Below, in pieces: positions 8,910 to 18,312 of a stretch of 33,338 bases of DNA. Under the pieces are notes generated by a model. It worked only from the letters and a program-made list of their open reading frames with translations, was not told the origin of the DNA and made no database searches. Every line of letters begins with the position of its first letter. Within the stretch, counting starts at the first letter, position 1. The position numbers were made by a program, and so were the translations under genes. The DNA is from a virus (lineage: Duplodnaviria > Caudoviricetes), in the IMG/VR virus record IMGVR_UViG_3300014501_000050, positions 1 through 33,338 of that record; one strand, given 5' to 3'.

Positions 8910-9989
8910 TTAGTAGCCGGTGATGGTCGCGTCGACCCAGGTCGTGCCGCCGCCGGTGGCGAAGAACAGCGCAGCGCCCGCGGTGCGGCAGTAGGCGCCC
9001 AGCCCGAAGTACGATTCCATGTACTCCATGTGGAGCGGGTTGGCGTCGATCTTCTGCACCGTCTGGAGGTCCGGGCCGCCGGTGCCCGGGTCGATCCGCA
9101 TGACCATCGGCTTCTCGGCCGACTGTGCGTCGTACGCGAAGGCGTAGCCTTGCGGTACCCACGGCTTCACCCAGATCGCATAGGGCGACATGATGCCGAC
9201 CAAGCGATCATTCAACTGCGTGATGTCCAGCCGCTGGGTCGGGACCTGCGAGGTACCGTACTCCAGCGTGATGCGGGGATCCACGAGTCCGAGGAATCCG
9301 GTCAGCCCTTGCACCGTCTGGATGTCGTTCGCGTTGAACGCAATCTTGACGTTGGCCGAGAGCTTGTGCTCCAGCACATTGGCGCCGAGGGCGTTCACCG
9401 CCGCGGCCGTCAGGCCGTTGAGCGCCGTGTAATGCGTGTGGGTGTTCGGGTTGAACACCTCACCGTGCGGGCCATCGGGGATCGCGGAGCCGTCCGCGTT
9501 GACGAACCGCTTGATGCTGAAGGAAATATTGAGCTTGGTGTAGTCGGCGAACGTGTAGTCCGAGGCCGCGAAGATCGCCTGGCCGACCGCGCCATAGATC
9601 TTCCGGAGGTGAGCTTTCTGTACCGCCATGACGACGAGCGCCAAGTCGGCCGGGGTGTGGTTCTTCCACCACTCCCGTGTCCACCCGAGATTGCCCTGGA
9701 AGTGCCGGAGCGGGAAGGCGACCTGCGAGCCTTGCGCCGGCTTCTGCGTAGTGGCGCGCCCGAGTTCGTCCACTTCGGTGAGGACGCCATCAGTCGAGGC
9801 GCCGTAGATCCGCTGCTGATCGGTCGAGATCTCACAGAGCTCGGTCATGAGCTCCGAGACCATCAGGTTCCACGCGGCCTGGTCGTAGGCCAGGATGCGT
9901 TCGATGTTGTCGATCCCGAACTTGGCGAAAGAGAGATTCTTTGCCGCGATCAGGTCTTGAAGTGTGGATTCGCCCGTATTGAGCGGCAT
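8910..9989 (-). CDS. Major capsid protein, 359 aa
   Basis: Size, position after scaffold and cement and before the connector, strongly biased codons; VDELGRA...FPLRHFQGNLGWT. Confidence 0.85.
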   Translation of the reverse strand: MPLNTGESTLQDLIAAKNLSFAKFGIDNIERILAYDQAAWNLMVSELMTELCEISTDQQRIYGASTDGVLTEVDELGRATTQKPAQGSQVAFPLRHFQGNLGWTREWWKNHTPADLALVVMAVQKAHLRKIYGAVGQAIFAASDYTFADYTKLNISFSIKRFVNADGSAIPDGPHGEVFNPNTHTHYTALNGLTAAAVNALGANVLEHKLSANVKIAFNANDIQTVQGLTGFLGLVDPRITLEYGTSQVPTQRLDITQLNDRLVGIMSPYAIWVKPWVPQGYAFAYDAQSAEKPMVMRIDPGTGGPDLQTVQKIDANPLHMEYMESYFGLGAYCRTAGAALFFATGGGTTWVDATITGY

Positions 9990-10099
9990 CGGCTAGCGCC
10001 TCGGCGGGGGTGACAGTGGCGTTCGGGAAACGAGCGTCGCGCTGTGGTCGTGGTCCCGTGCGAGGTGCGCCGTGCTACGGACTGTGCGTGGTGCGAAGC

Positions 10100-10126
10100 G
10101 AGGGGCGGCGACGCGCGCCGCCCCTC
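10100..10126 (-). terminator. GC-rich hairpin between cement and capsid genes
   Basis: Perfect 11-bp stem GAGGGGCGGCG/CGCCGCCCCTC with 5-nt loop; no U-tract. Confidence 0.45.
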
Positions 10127-10135
10127 ACCGTGTGG

Positions 10136-10543
10136 CTATGCCATCCGGATGACTTGGATGTCGGTGTCGCTGATCGCGCGGACGACGCCAACCGCGTCAC
10201 CTGTAGTCGCGACCGTCGAGAGGCCGCCGGCGTTGGAGGTGACGTCGAGGAAGTACTTGGCGCCGTACGTGAACGTCCCGGACGCGGCGTAGTGGCACTT
10301 GGCGCCGATCCCGAAGACGGTGCAGGGGTTCCCGATGCCGCTCCGGACGGCGACGATCCCGGCGAGCGGGGCGTTGGCCGAGGTGGCATCACAGGGGTGG
10401 ACCAATCCGTCGGAGCCCAGGTACACGAGCATGCCGGCAACGAGCGCGGCGGCGCCTACGGTGCCCACGAACTGTGGGGCGGTGTTGAGCGAAATGGTGT
10501 CGAAGCTGGCGCCGAGTGTGGCGTCGATTGCTACGCTGGCCAT
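10136..10543 (-). CDS. Capsid cement/decoration protein, 135 aa
   Basis: AAALVAGMLVYLGSDG...AGIVAV...GAKYFL...GGLST...VGVV pattern (DUF2190-like); between scaffold and capsid. Confidence 0.7.
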   Translation of the reverse strand: MASVAIDATLGASFDTISLNTAPQFVGTVGAAALVAGMLVYLGSDGLVHPCDATSANAPLAGIVAVRSGIGNPCTVFGIGAKCHYAASGTFTYGAKYFLDVTSNAGGLSTVATTGDAVGVVRAISDTDIQVIRMA

Positions 10544-10600
10544 CGAGTGCTCCCGCTAGATGTGAGACGTGCGGTGACGGTCGGAGGTGCGATGGTCAGG

Positions 10601-11434
10601 TCAGACACTTGCGCCGTGCAACTGCCCGCGTTTGGCGGCCAGCAGTTCGGGCGAGAGATCGAGGATGCGCTCCTCGCCGTTCTCGTCTTTGAGCGTGACA
10701 CGTGCGCCCACTCCCGGCTGTCCCGCGGTCCCGACGCCGGGCCGGACGATGCCCTGGCCGGGTCGCGCGCCCGCGCCGTGATCGACATTGCTGGTCAAGT
10801 CGAGTGGGTCGGCTTTGGCACGGAGATCTTTGACGAGCCCGTCGTGGGGCTTGGCGCCGGTGCGCGGCGGTGGGTAGGCCGCATCGCTGTCGGCGAGCTG
10901 CATGTACTCGACGACGCTGCCGTCGTCCGCGAGGCGGATCTTGCCCTCGTCCACGAGTCGCAGCACTTCGGATTTCGCGGCGCGGGGTCGGTAGCCCTGG
11001 GCGATCAGTGCGGCTTCGACATCCGCGCGGGCGTCCTTCATTGCGCGGTCGCGGTGTTCCTTCGCGCGGTCGGCGCGCTCGGCGTCGAGTTCGTGCTTCA
11101 ACTTCTCGGCCTTGGCGCTGTGCTTGGCTTCGATCGCGGCGACGTCCGGCTTGTCCGCTTTCGCGGCCTCGAGCTGCTCGCGGGCCTCGTCGCGCTCAGC
11201 CTCGGCCTTCTTGAGTTTCTCGTCGGCCTTGTCTTTCGCTTTCTTCGCCTCGCCCTTGCCGGCGTTGAACGCCGTGGTGTGGATCGCATTGAACACGTCG
11301 GGGGCTGCGTCTTTGACGTCGTCCAGGAACTCGGCGCGGGCGGTCTTCTTCGCCTCGTCGTCGGGTGCGGCGTCGATCCGCGCCTTCATTTCGGCGAGGA
11401 CGGGTGCGAGCAGGGTTTTGACATCGGCGGCCAT
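10601..11434 (-). CDS. Capsid scaffolding protein, 277 aa
   Basis: Charged A/E/K coiled coil with Gly/Pro-rich C-terminus (GAGARPG); upstream of cement and capsid. Confidence 0.75.
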   Translation of the reverse strand: MAADVKTLLAPVLAEMKARIDAAPDDEAKKTARAEFLDDVKDAAPDVFNAIHTTAFNAGKGEAKKAKDKADEKLKKAEAERDEAREQLEAAKADKPDVAAIEAKHSAKAEKLKHELDAERADRAKEHRDRAMKDARADVEAALIAQGYRPRAAKSEVLRLVDEGKIRLADDGSVVEYMQLADSDAAYPPPRTGAKPHDGLVKDLRAKADPLDLTSNVDHGAGARPGQGIVRPGVGTAGQPGVGARVTLKDENGEERILDLSPELLAAKRGQLHGASV

Positions 11435-11717
11435 ACACGGACTCCGGGACAGGAGCGTTCGCCCGTGACGGCGGCGTGCCGAACGTGGCTGATAACGGCC
11501 GCCACGGAACCGAAAAGGCGCGACTAACGGGCGCGCGGACCGAGGGTAGTGCGTTGTGGTCGTGGTGCGCGGTGCGTCGGGCTCAACACGTACGCAGTAC
11601 GTCGCGCTGGTGGTGCGGGCAGCCGGGCCGCGGTGGTCAGCGGCTCTCTCGCGTTACACGAGGCTACACGGAAAAGGATACATGGCGCGGGGTTACGGCG
11701 CTAGGGTTAGGTCACCG

Positions 11718-11930
11718 TCACCCCGGCGCCTTCCCGCCCCACGCGGCATCGATCTCCAGCCGCTCGACCGTGCGCGGCAGGATGAGGAGCTTCATCTGCG
11801 ACGCGGCGCCCACCGCACGGGCGATCACGGCCGGATCGCCCTTCGCAGCCGTGGCGAGGTCCGCGCAGTAGGCGATGGCGTCCACCATGCGCCAGGTGAA
11901 GACGTCGGCGGGGTTGGCTCGCTCAGCCAT
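11718..11930 (-). CDS. Hypothetical protein, 70 aa
   Basis: ATG 1 nt after the previous stop. Confidence 0.55.
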   Translation of the reverse strand: MAERANPADVFTWRMVDAIAYCADLATAAKGDPAVIARAVGAASQMKLLILPRTVERLEIDAAWGGKAPG

Positions 11931-11931
11931 G

Positions 11932-12159
11932 CTACCGCGAGCCTTTCTTCCACGACGCGGGGAGCGCGGCCGCCAGCCCCTTGCGCTTCGCGATGGTTTC
12001 GATCTTCGCCTTCACCGCTGAGGAGTTGGCGGCGTGGCCCACCAAGTGCGCCGCCGCTTTGACGCTCCTGGCGTCGGTTAGTGGAAAAGTGCCTCCAGGT
12101 CCAGCGTGCGACCCCGCCGTCTTCCGTGCGGTGGCCATCTTCTGCGCGCGCGTCGTCAT
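11932..12159 (-). CDS. Small basic protein, DUF6582-like, 75 aa
   Basis: Strong GGAGGAG RBS; GPGGTFPLTD...V.AA...GHA...VKAKI...AKRKG...LPASW motif seen in phage head-module proteins. Confidence 0.65.
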   Translation of the reverse strand: MTTRAQKMATARKTAGSHAGPGGTFPLTDARSVKAAAHLVGHAANSSAVKAKIETIAKRKGLAAALPASWKKGSR

Positions 12160-12205
12160 CGCTCCTCCGGTTGTGGGTTGCTATCCTCGATGAATAATTG
12201 CGCCG

Positions 12206-12358
12206 TCAATGGATCGTGACTGCGTGGCCGAAATGCACCCAGGCCGTACCGATCAGCGCGAGCACGATGCCGGCGACCAGGATGATCGTGCGCGCGGGCT
12301 CAGTCTTGAACAGCAGCCACAGGCAGCACACCACGAACGCCAGAACAAAGATGTCCAT
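12206..12358 (-). CDS. Small two-TM membrane protein, 50 aa (below ORF-track cutoff)
   Basis: GGAGG-5nt-ATG; MDIFVLAFVVCCLWLLFKTEPARTIILVAGIVLALIGTAWVHFGHAVTIH. Confidence 0.65.
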   Translation of the reverse strand: MDIFVLAFVVCCLWLLFKTEPARTIILVAGIVLALIGTAWVHFGHAVTIH

Positions 12359-12376
12359 ACAGCCTCCAGATGAGAG

Positions 12377-13135
12377 TTAATCTCCTTCGTCGTCGTCCCC
12401 ATCGCCAGAGCCGTCCGAATACTCCACCGAGCACGTGCAGTTCGCGATCTCCTCCATCGGTCCGTTGGGGTCGCGCGGGTACATAATCCCCATCGAGAAC
12501 GGCTCGTCCACGGCGACTGTCTCGCCATCAGCGGCGGCGTGCCAATCGCGTGGCTCTTTCGGTGACCCGTCGTGATGCCAAATCTTCGTCGCCCCGTACT
12601 GCTTCGCCACGAGGAAGCCGCCGACCGCGACCGCGATGTTGGTCTCCAGTGAGCCGATGAGGTCGGCCCGCGCCTTCACGCTGTCGGTGTCGTAGGCGTC
12701 GTCCCGCACGCGGCTAGCCAGCGCGGACGCGTCCTCGCCGTTGTCTCGCGCCGCGCGGTAGCTGTCGAGGATCCGGTCGGCCGACGTCTTCCCCACGAGC
12801 TGGCCGATCTTCGCGGCCCTTGCGTCGAGCAGCTTCTGTGCGGCCTTGGCGTCCACATCGAAGTCGCCGCCGAGCTGCTTGGCGACCGCTGTCCCGCCCA
12901 AGTCCATCGCGTCCGACAGCGGGTCGCCGAGCTTGTCGCCCCAGCGGTCGGCGAAGGTGCCGGACTCCAACTCCCCGACGTAGAGCGAGAGCGCGCGTCG
13001 GACGTCCGCATCGCTGACGGGACGGCTACCGAGCGTGGCGATGGCCGAGGCGATGGTGTTGCCCTCGGCCAACAGCAATGCCAGCGCGAGATCGGTGCAG
13101 TGGTTCGCGATCTCGTCTTCGTCCCGCTGGCTCAC
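12377..13135 (-). CDS. Minor head/head morphogenesis protein (Mu gpF/SPP1 gp7-like), 252 aa
   Basis: KIWHH...RDWHAAADGETVAVDEPF...MYPRDPNGPMEEIANCTC signature. Confidence 0.9.
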   Translation of the reverse strand: MSQRDEDEIANHCTDLALALLLAEGNTIASAIATLGSRPVSDADVRRALSLYVGELESGTFADRWGDKLGDPLSDAMDLGGTAVAKQLGGDFDVDAKAAQKLLDARAAKIGQLVGKTSADRILDSYRAARDNGEDASALASRVRDDAYDTDSVKARADLIGSLETNIAVAVGGFLVAKQYGATKIWHHDGSPKEPRDWHAAADGETVAVDEPFSMGIMYPRDPNGPMEEIANCTCSVEYSDGSGDGDDDEGD

Positions 13136-13332
13136 ACCACTTTGGTGACGGTGGCCGCGGCGGCTTTGGTGTCCGCGATCACCTTGGTGGCGTCCGACAC
13201 GACTTGCGTGGCCGCGACATTGGCCTTCCCGACGAGCGCGTTGGCCTTGATGAGGTTGTTGTGGTACACGAGCGCAATCACGATGCCGCCGGTGATGCAG
13301 CCCGCGGCGTAGACGAGCAGGTAGTCGAGCAT
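13132..13332 (-). CDS. Small protein with N-terminal TM helix, 66 aa
   Basis: GGAG RBS; MLDYLLVYAAGCITGGIVIALVY; GTGA overlap with the MuF gene. Confidence 0.65.
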   Translation of the reverse strand: MLDYLLVYAAGCITGGIVIALVYHNNLIKANALVGKANVAATQVVSDATKVIADTKAAAATVTKVV

Positions 13333-13402
13333 GGAGTGACTCCGAGTGAGGCGTGAGGAAAGGGACGTGCGACCGGAAGAGGCCGGTCCGTGCGGCGCGC
13401 GG

Positions 13403-14488
13403 TCACGGTAGGGCTTCAAGCGCGAAGTGCCAGCCGACGTCGGCGGCCGTGCCCGAAGTGACCGCGACGGTCGCGTTGATCGCCGTCGCGGCGGTGGGCA
13501 GGATCAGGACAACTTCCGATTGACTCTGGCCGGTCGAGGTGAAGCTGGCCGTAAAGGCCCACGCTTCAGCGTTCCCGAATTCATCGGTCCACGAAATCGT
13601 GACCGTGACGGCGACGGTCCCTTTACCGACCGCACTCGCCATGACGCGGTAGAGCCTAGCGGAGGCGGAGGCGAGGAGCGCGGTGATGGTCTTCGCGCCG
13701 GTCCCGCTGAGGGTGGTAATGACGTGCGCGTAGTTCGCCCGTGTGAACGTCAGTGTGGTCGTGCCGACTGTGTATGCTCCCGGTGGCATCGTCCAGACGG
13801 TGCCACCGTAGGTTGTCCCCACACTACCGACTGCAACGCTGAGTCCGAGGTTGAGTTGCGCGGCCGTCGTCGCATTGTTGGCGCGCTTTAGGACATAGGA
13901 CACACCGGATGCGCCGGCCGTCGTGACGATGTACAGGCCGTCGTTCGCCCCGGCGGATTCCGCCGTCACCAGCACGTAGTCGCCCACCGCCGTGAGATGT
14001 CCATCGACAGTGAGCGTTCCGGTGGCGCTGGCCGTGAGGACGCCGGCGCTATAGGTGTTCGCCGGGCTCAAGGCAGCGGTCGCGACCACGGTTGCCACAA
14101 TGGGGTTCGCGTTCATCACGAAGGCGTCGGTCGCCGGAGCGGTCGAGTTGTCGCCTGCCGCTTGTGTGGTGGGGGCGGCGGCCGCGAACGCGATGACGTT
14201 CCACACCGTGCCATCGCATTCGAGCCAGAGGCAACCGCCCGTGGCGAGGACGCCCCCGACATTGCCCGCGCCGCCGTTCGTCTGCATCTGGAGCGTGCCG
14301 GTGCCGGTGTATTGGATCACGCACCCGAGACTGGCCGCGAGCGCCGGGAGCGCCAGCACGCCGCCCCCGGTGTTGCCGGTGACCTGGATGAACGTGCCTT
14401 TACATTGCGCCGCGGTGAGCGTTGAGCCCTGCGCAATGCTGACCCCGAGCGTCAGTTGTTCGCTCGGGGAGTCTGCCGCGATTGCCAT
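13403..14488 (-). CDS. Virion fibre/decoration protein, 361 aa
   Basis: PTTQAAGDNSTAPATDAFV fibre repeat; VDG...GDYVLV...NDGLYIV...LKRA domain shared with the adjacent gene; Thr/Ala/Gly-rich. Confidence 0.75.
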   Translation of the reverse strand: MAIAADSPSEQLTLGVSIAQGSTLTAAQCKGTFIQVTGNTGGGVLALPALAASLGCVIQYTGTGTLQMQTNGGAGNVGGVLATGGCLWLECDGTVWNVIAFAAAAPTTQAAGDNSTAPATDAFVMNANPIVATVVATAALSPANTYSAGVLTASATGTLTVDGHLTAVGDYVLVTAESAGANDGLYIVTTAGASGVSYVLKRANNATTAAQLNLGLSVAVGSVGTTYGGTVWTMPPGAYTVGTTTLTFTRANYAHVITTLSGTGAKTITALLASASARLYRVMASAVGKGTVAVTVTISWTDEFGNAEAWAFTASFTSTGQSQSEVVLILPTAATAINATVAVTSGTAADVGWHFALEALP

Positions 14489-14491
14489 GAG

Positions 14492-16246
14492 TTAGCCGAT
14501 CACCACGCAGCGGTACTGGCCTGACGTCGGCGCGACCGCGAACACGAGCGTCACCGAGTTCGGGCTCGTGTTATCCACTTCGACGTTGACCTGACGGAGA
14601 CTCCCGGTGAGTTCCCACACCTGCACGTGGACGTCGGTCGTGCCGAGATTGTGCGTGATGACGGCGGACGTGGAACCGCTCGGCACGTTGACCGCGTACT
14701 TGGTCGTCGCGCCGAGCGCCGCGCGTGCGGTCGAGGCCGACGTGCTGGCCGTGCCACCATTCGCGATCGGCAATACGCCCACGACGCCATTCGCGCCGAC
14801 GTTGACCACCCATTGCGTCCACGCCGTGGCCGTAGTGTCCACGGTGATCGCGCCCGTAGTGGTGAGACGCCATGCGGTGCCGGCGCCCACGGTGCCCGAG
14901 TCGATTTCCACCATGACATCGGCAAACGCCATCGTCGTGCTGGCCGCCGCGTAATCCGTCGGCCGCGTCAGCGCGCTTGACGATCCGTTGAACACCCACA
15001 AGCCGTTCTGCGATGTCGTGGTCTGCCCGGTCAGCAGCATCCGCTGGCCGCTCGTGACCGTCACACCGTCGAAGACCGCTGTGGCGGGATTGGAGATCGT
15101 GACATTGGTGGTCGCGACGACCGTGGCGTTGGGCTTGAACGGCGTCAGGTTGTCGATTTCGAGCGTGCCAGCGCCGACCGGGAGGCCGATTTGCGGGCCA
15201 GCGGTGACGAGTGCGAGCGAGAGCCCGCTGCCGTTCCCGATCAGCAGCTTCCCGTTGGCCGCCGCACTCGTGTCGATGCCGGTACCACCGCGCACTGGCG
15301 GTAGCAGACCGGATACGGCGGCGGCGGTCCCGAGTGGGAGCGCGCCCCACGTGGGCGCCGTGCCTGTTGTGCCGGCCGATAGCAGCGTCTGGCTGGCCGT
15401 CGCGGACGAATCCACGATCAACTGGCCACTGCCGTTGGTCGTGATCGTGACGCCATCGACGTGCGCCGAGATGACCGTCCCGGCGAACGTGATGCCGCTG
15501 CCCGCTGAGTAGGACGTGGCCGCGCCGAGTTGCGTCCAGGTGATGGCGGTCGTGCCCACGGTGAACGGGCCAGCGCCCGTCTCGATCCAGCCCGTGGCGC
15601 CTTCCGTAGTTCCGGTTTCCACGAACACGAACGCGCCCTGCACAATCGAGCCGGGGACGTCGAGCGTCGCGGTGTTGAAATCCGTCGCGCGGGTCAAGAC
15701 GGTGAAGACGCTGCCAGTGCCAACGGTGGTGACGGTGTAAATGCCGTTATCGCTGCCGGCCGCGCCCTGGGTGACCAGCACCCGGTCGCCCACGGTTAGC
15801 GACTGGCCGTCAATCGTCCACACCGCGTGCACGTTGGCGGTGATCGTCGCGCCGACGCCTGCAGTGCCATTGGCGTAGGTGTAGGCCGGGAGCGCGGCGG
15901 CGGTCATGTACTTGACGGAGCCGTGGGGGTCGATCCCCATGATCGCGGAGTCCACGTAATTCTTTGTGGCTGCGTCCTGCGCGTTCACCGGGTCAGCGAG
16001 CGTCGTGATGCGCTGCGATCCCCACGGGACGTTCGCGACGGGTGCGGCGAACTTGTCGAGCGAATCACTGAGCTGCGCGTCGGTTTGTACCGTCGTGCCG
16101 TCGTAGTGCTTATTGCGGTTCGACGTGGAGTTGAACCAGAACTGCGCCTGCGTCGGCGAGCCCGGATCGGTGCCCAACACTTGCGCCAGCGCGTTCAAGA
16201 GCTGGTTCAGTGTGAGATCGAGGTTATTGAGAACTGGGATCGCCAT
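14492..16246 (-). CDS. Virion fibre/decoration protein, 584 aa
   Basis: LADPVNAQDAATKNYVD trimeric stalk motif; two copies of the DG....G.R.L......NG...V...LTR.TD domain; LP...GGTG repeats; C-terminal ITHNLG domain. Confidence 0.8.
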   Translation of the reverse strand: MAIPVLNNLDLTLNQLLNALAQVLGTDPGSPTQAQFWFNSTSNRNKHYDGTTVQTDAQLSDSLDKFAAPVANVPWGSQRITTLADPVNAQDAATKNYVDSAIMGIDPHGSVKYMTAAALPAYTYANGTAGVGATITANVHAVWTIDGQSLTVGDRVLVTQGAAGSDNGIYTVTTVGTGSVFTVLTRATDFNTATLDVPGSIVQGAFVFVETGTTEGATGWIETGAGPFTVGTTAITWTQLGAATSYSAGSGITFAGTVISAHVDGVTITTNGSGQLIVDSSATASQTLLSAGTTGTAPTWGALPLGTAAAVSGLLPPVRGGTGIDTSAAANGKLLIGNGSGLSLALVTAGPQIGLPVGAGTLEIDNLTPFKPNATVVATTNVTISNPATAVFDGVTVTSGQRMLLTGQTTTSQNGLWVFNGSSSALTRPTDYAAASTTMAFADVMVEIDSGTVGAGTAWRLTTTGAITVDTTATAWTQWVVNVGANGVVGVLPIANGGTASTSASTARAALGATTKYAVNVPSGSTSAVITHNLGTTDVHVQVWELTGSLRQVNVEVDNTSPNSVTLVFAVAPTSGQYRCVVIG

Positions 16247-16275
16247 CGGAGTGTCCTAGTGTGTGAGAGAGGGCA

Positions 16276-16671
16276 TCAGTTCAAAAATGCAGAACCCGAA
16301 AACGGCGCCGAAAAGGAAATCGTGAGTTGGTTGAGCGACGCGTTGTGCGCGACGGAGCCAAGGACCACCGTGCCGGCCGAATCGACGACCGTGACCGACG
16401 GCACTTTGCCGACGCTGATAAACGGCGCGGGTACGGGGATGATCCACGTCGCGCTCGCGATCGACTGCGTGAAGACGCTATTGAGATCACCGCCGCTGCC
16501 GGGTGGGCCTGGCACACCTTGGATGCCTTGATTGCCCAGCGTGCCGAGCGTGGGATCGAGCGCCACACTGGTCGGCGGGATGACATCGAGATCCACCGGC
16601 CCCGCGCCGCCTGGAGTGAGCACGACCACGGGCGGTGCGATCGGCGTGAGGTAGACGGGCGACGGGGCCAT
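16276..16671 (-). CDS. Small fibre-associated protein with short collagen stretch, 131 aa
   Basis: GNQGIQGVPGPPG, then FTQSIASATW...PSVTVVDSAG...FSAPFSGSAFLN beta domain. Confidence 0.7.
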   Translation of the reverse strand: MAPSPVYLTPIAPPVVVLTPGGAGPVDLDVIPPTSVALDPTLGTLGNQGIQGVPGPPGSGGDLNSVFTQSIASATWIIPVPAPFISVGKVPSVTVVDSAGTVVLGSVAHNASLNQLTISFSAPFSGSAFLN

Positions 16672-16685
16672 GTTAGGATGGCGGC

Positions 16686-18305
16686 TCAGACATACGTGTG
16701 GTACGTCCCGGCCCACGAGAGGAACGTGGACATCATCCCCGACGTGTAGAGTCCGGGCAGATAGATCACGGCCTGTATGTTCTGAGCCGCTTGACCGGCC
16801 GCCACAACGAGCTTGCCGTCGCCGGTTGGTGTCTCTATGAGCAAGGGGCTATTACTGGCCTGGACCCCGGCGTCCACAGTGATCTCGCCCACCCCAGCCC
16901 ACGAGAGCGACACGGCCCACGCGCGCACCGTCGTACTGGCCGCGACCGCCGACAGTGCGGCCTGCGAGATGGACCCATACGTGGCCGCGCACAGAAGGCT
17001 CGTGTTCGCCCCGGCCCCCCAATACCCAGTGCTGGGTGCGGCCCAGGTGGCGTAGGGGCCGAAGCTGTTGGCCGCCAGCGAACCCACGTAGAGGATGCTG
17101 ATGCCGGTCGCCGGGGCCGCGACGAGCGCAGACGCCATACCCGCCATTTGTGAAGCGGTGAACGCGGCCTGCGCGGTCGCGCCTGACCCGGAGATCGTTG
17201 GAGATCCCCCGGTATACGCAGCGACGTACCCATTGAGCGCATCCGTCCAATTCGCGCTGGTGAGCGCATACCGCGCATCCCAGAAGGCCAGCGGCGTGAC
17301 GCCAAGCGCCGTGATGAACGTGGCAATGTCCGCAGGGACGCCGCTAACCGGGTCCGCGACCGCGCCCGGTACCACCCAGACGCCGGCCGCGGTGCGGTAC
17401 GCGGTCGCCGCGCCGTACGCGGTCTGCAACACGGTCCACCGCTCATTCACCCCGTTCAACGTGTCCGTGCCACCGGGCAGCATATCGAGGCAGAGCGACG
17501 CGCTGCAATTCCCTGACTGGTCGATCGCCCGGATCTTCCGCCCGATGCTGACCGTGGTGGGCAACGTGATCGTCCGCTTCGTTGTCAGCGTCGCATACGC
17601 AACGTCGAGATCGACGGCGGGACTGGCCGCAACCGTGGTATCCGTGTCCGAGATCGATGTGACGGTATCGAGCGACGGGCCAGTGGCGCCTGTTGCGCCA
17701 GTCGCCCCCGTAGGGCCGGTGGCTCCTGTTGCTCCCGCGCTTCCAGTGGCGCCTGTACTGCCTGCCGATCCGGTCGCGCCCGTCGCGCCTTCGATGTTGC
17801 AGATGATCGAGTAGGTGCCCGAGGCGCGCTGATAGACGTTGAACGCGACGACATCGAGATAGAAGTCGCCGTTTACGCCCAGCGCATTGCTCGGGGCGCC
17901 GCTCCCCTCCCGCCACGTCGCGCCGTTCGTTCCATTGGCGCCATTCGTTCCGGCGCTGCCTGTCGCGCCGGTGGCACCCGTGGGGCCTGTTGCGCCCGCG
18001 CTCCCCGTGGCGCCAGTGCCGCCCGTGGCACCTTTGATGTTCGTGATCGGCGAGCCCCACGCACCGGCTGCCTGTTGGTATAGATCCTCGGTCGTGGTGT
18101 TGAGGTAGAGATCTCCGTTGCTGTGCAGCGTGCTCGGCGCCCCCGAGCCCTGGTACCATTGCGAGCCGGGCGCTCCATTCGTCCCATTGGTACCGTCTGT
18201 GCCATCAGTGCCGGGCGAGCCGGGAGTGCCAGGTATGCCGATGGTCGGGTCGAGCGCAACGACCGGCGGTGGCACCACGATGAGATCGACATCCACGTCG
18301 CCCAT
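16686..18305 (-). CDS. Collagen-like fibre protein, 539 aa
   Basis: Three Gly-X-Y tracts (GAT repeats) separated by two W..GSGAPS....NGD.YL modules; C-terminal globular putative receptor-binding domain. Confidence 0.85.
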   Translation of the reverse strand: MGDVDVDLIVVPPPVVALDPTIGIPGTPGSPGTDGTDGTNGTNGAPGSQWYQGSGAPSTLHSNGDLYLNTTTEDLYQQAAGAWGSPITNIKGATGGTGATGSAGATGPTGATGATGSAGTNGANGTNGATWREGSGAPSNALGVNGDFYLDVVAFNVYQRASGTYSIICNIEGATGATGSAGSTGATGSAGATGATGPTGATGATGATGPSLDTVTSISDTDTTVAASPAVDLDVAYATLTTKRTITLPTTVSIGRKIRAIDQSGNCSASLCLDMLPGGTDTLNGVNERWTVLQTAYGAATAYRTAAGVWVVPGAVADPVSGVPADIATFITALGVTPLAFWDARYALTSANWTDALNGYVAAYTGGSPTISGSGATAQAAFTASQMAGMASALVAAPATGISILYVGSLAANSFGPYATWAAPSTGYWGAGANTSLLCAATYGSISQAALSAVAASTTVRAWAVSLSWAGVGEITVDAGVQASNSPLLIETPTGDGKLVVAAGQAAQNIQAVIYLPGLYTSGMMSTFLSWAGTYHTYV

Positions 18306-18312
18306 CAGCTGC

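Noticed and set aside
17670-18240. GC-rich 9-bp periodic repeats
   Set aside because: Fully explained by collagen Gly-Ala-Thr codons.
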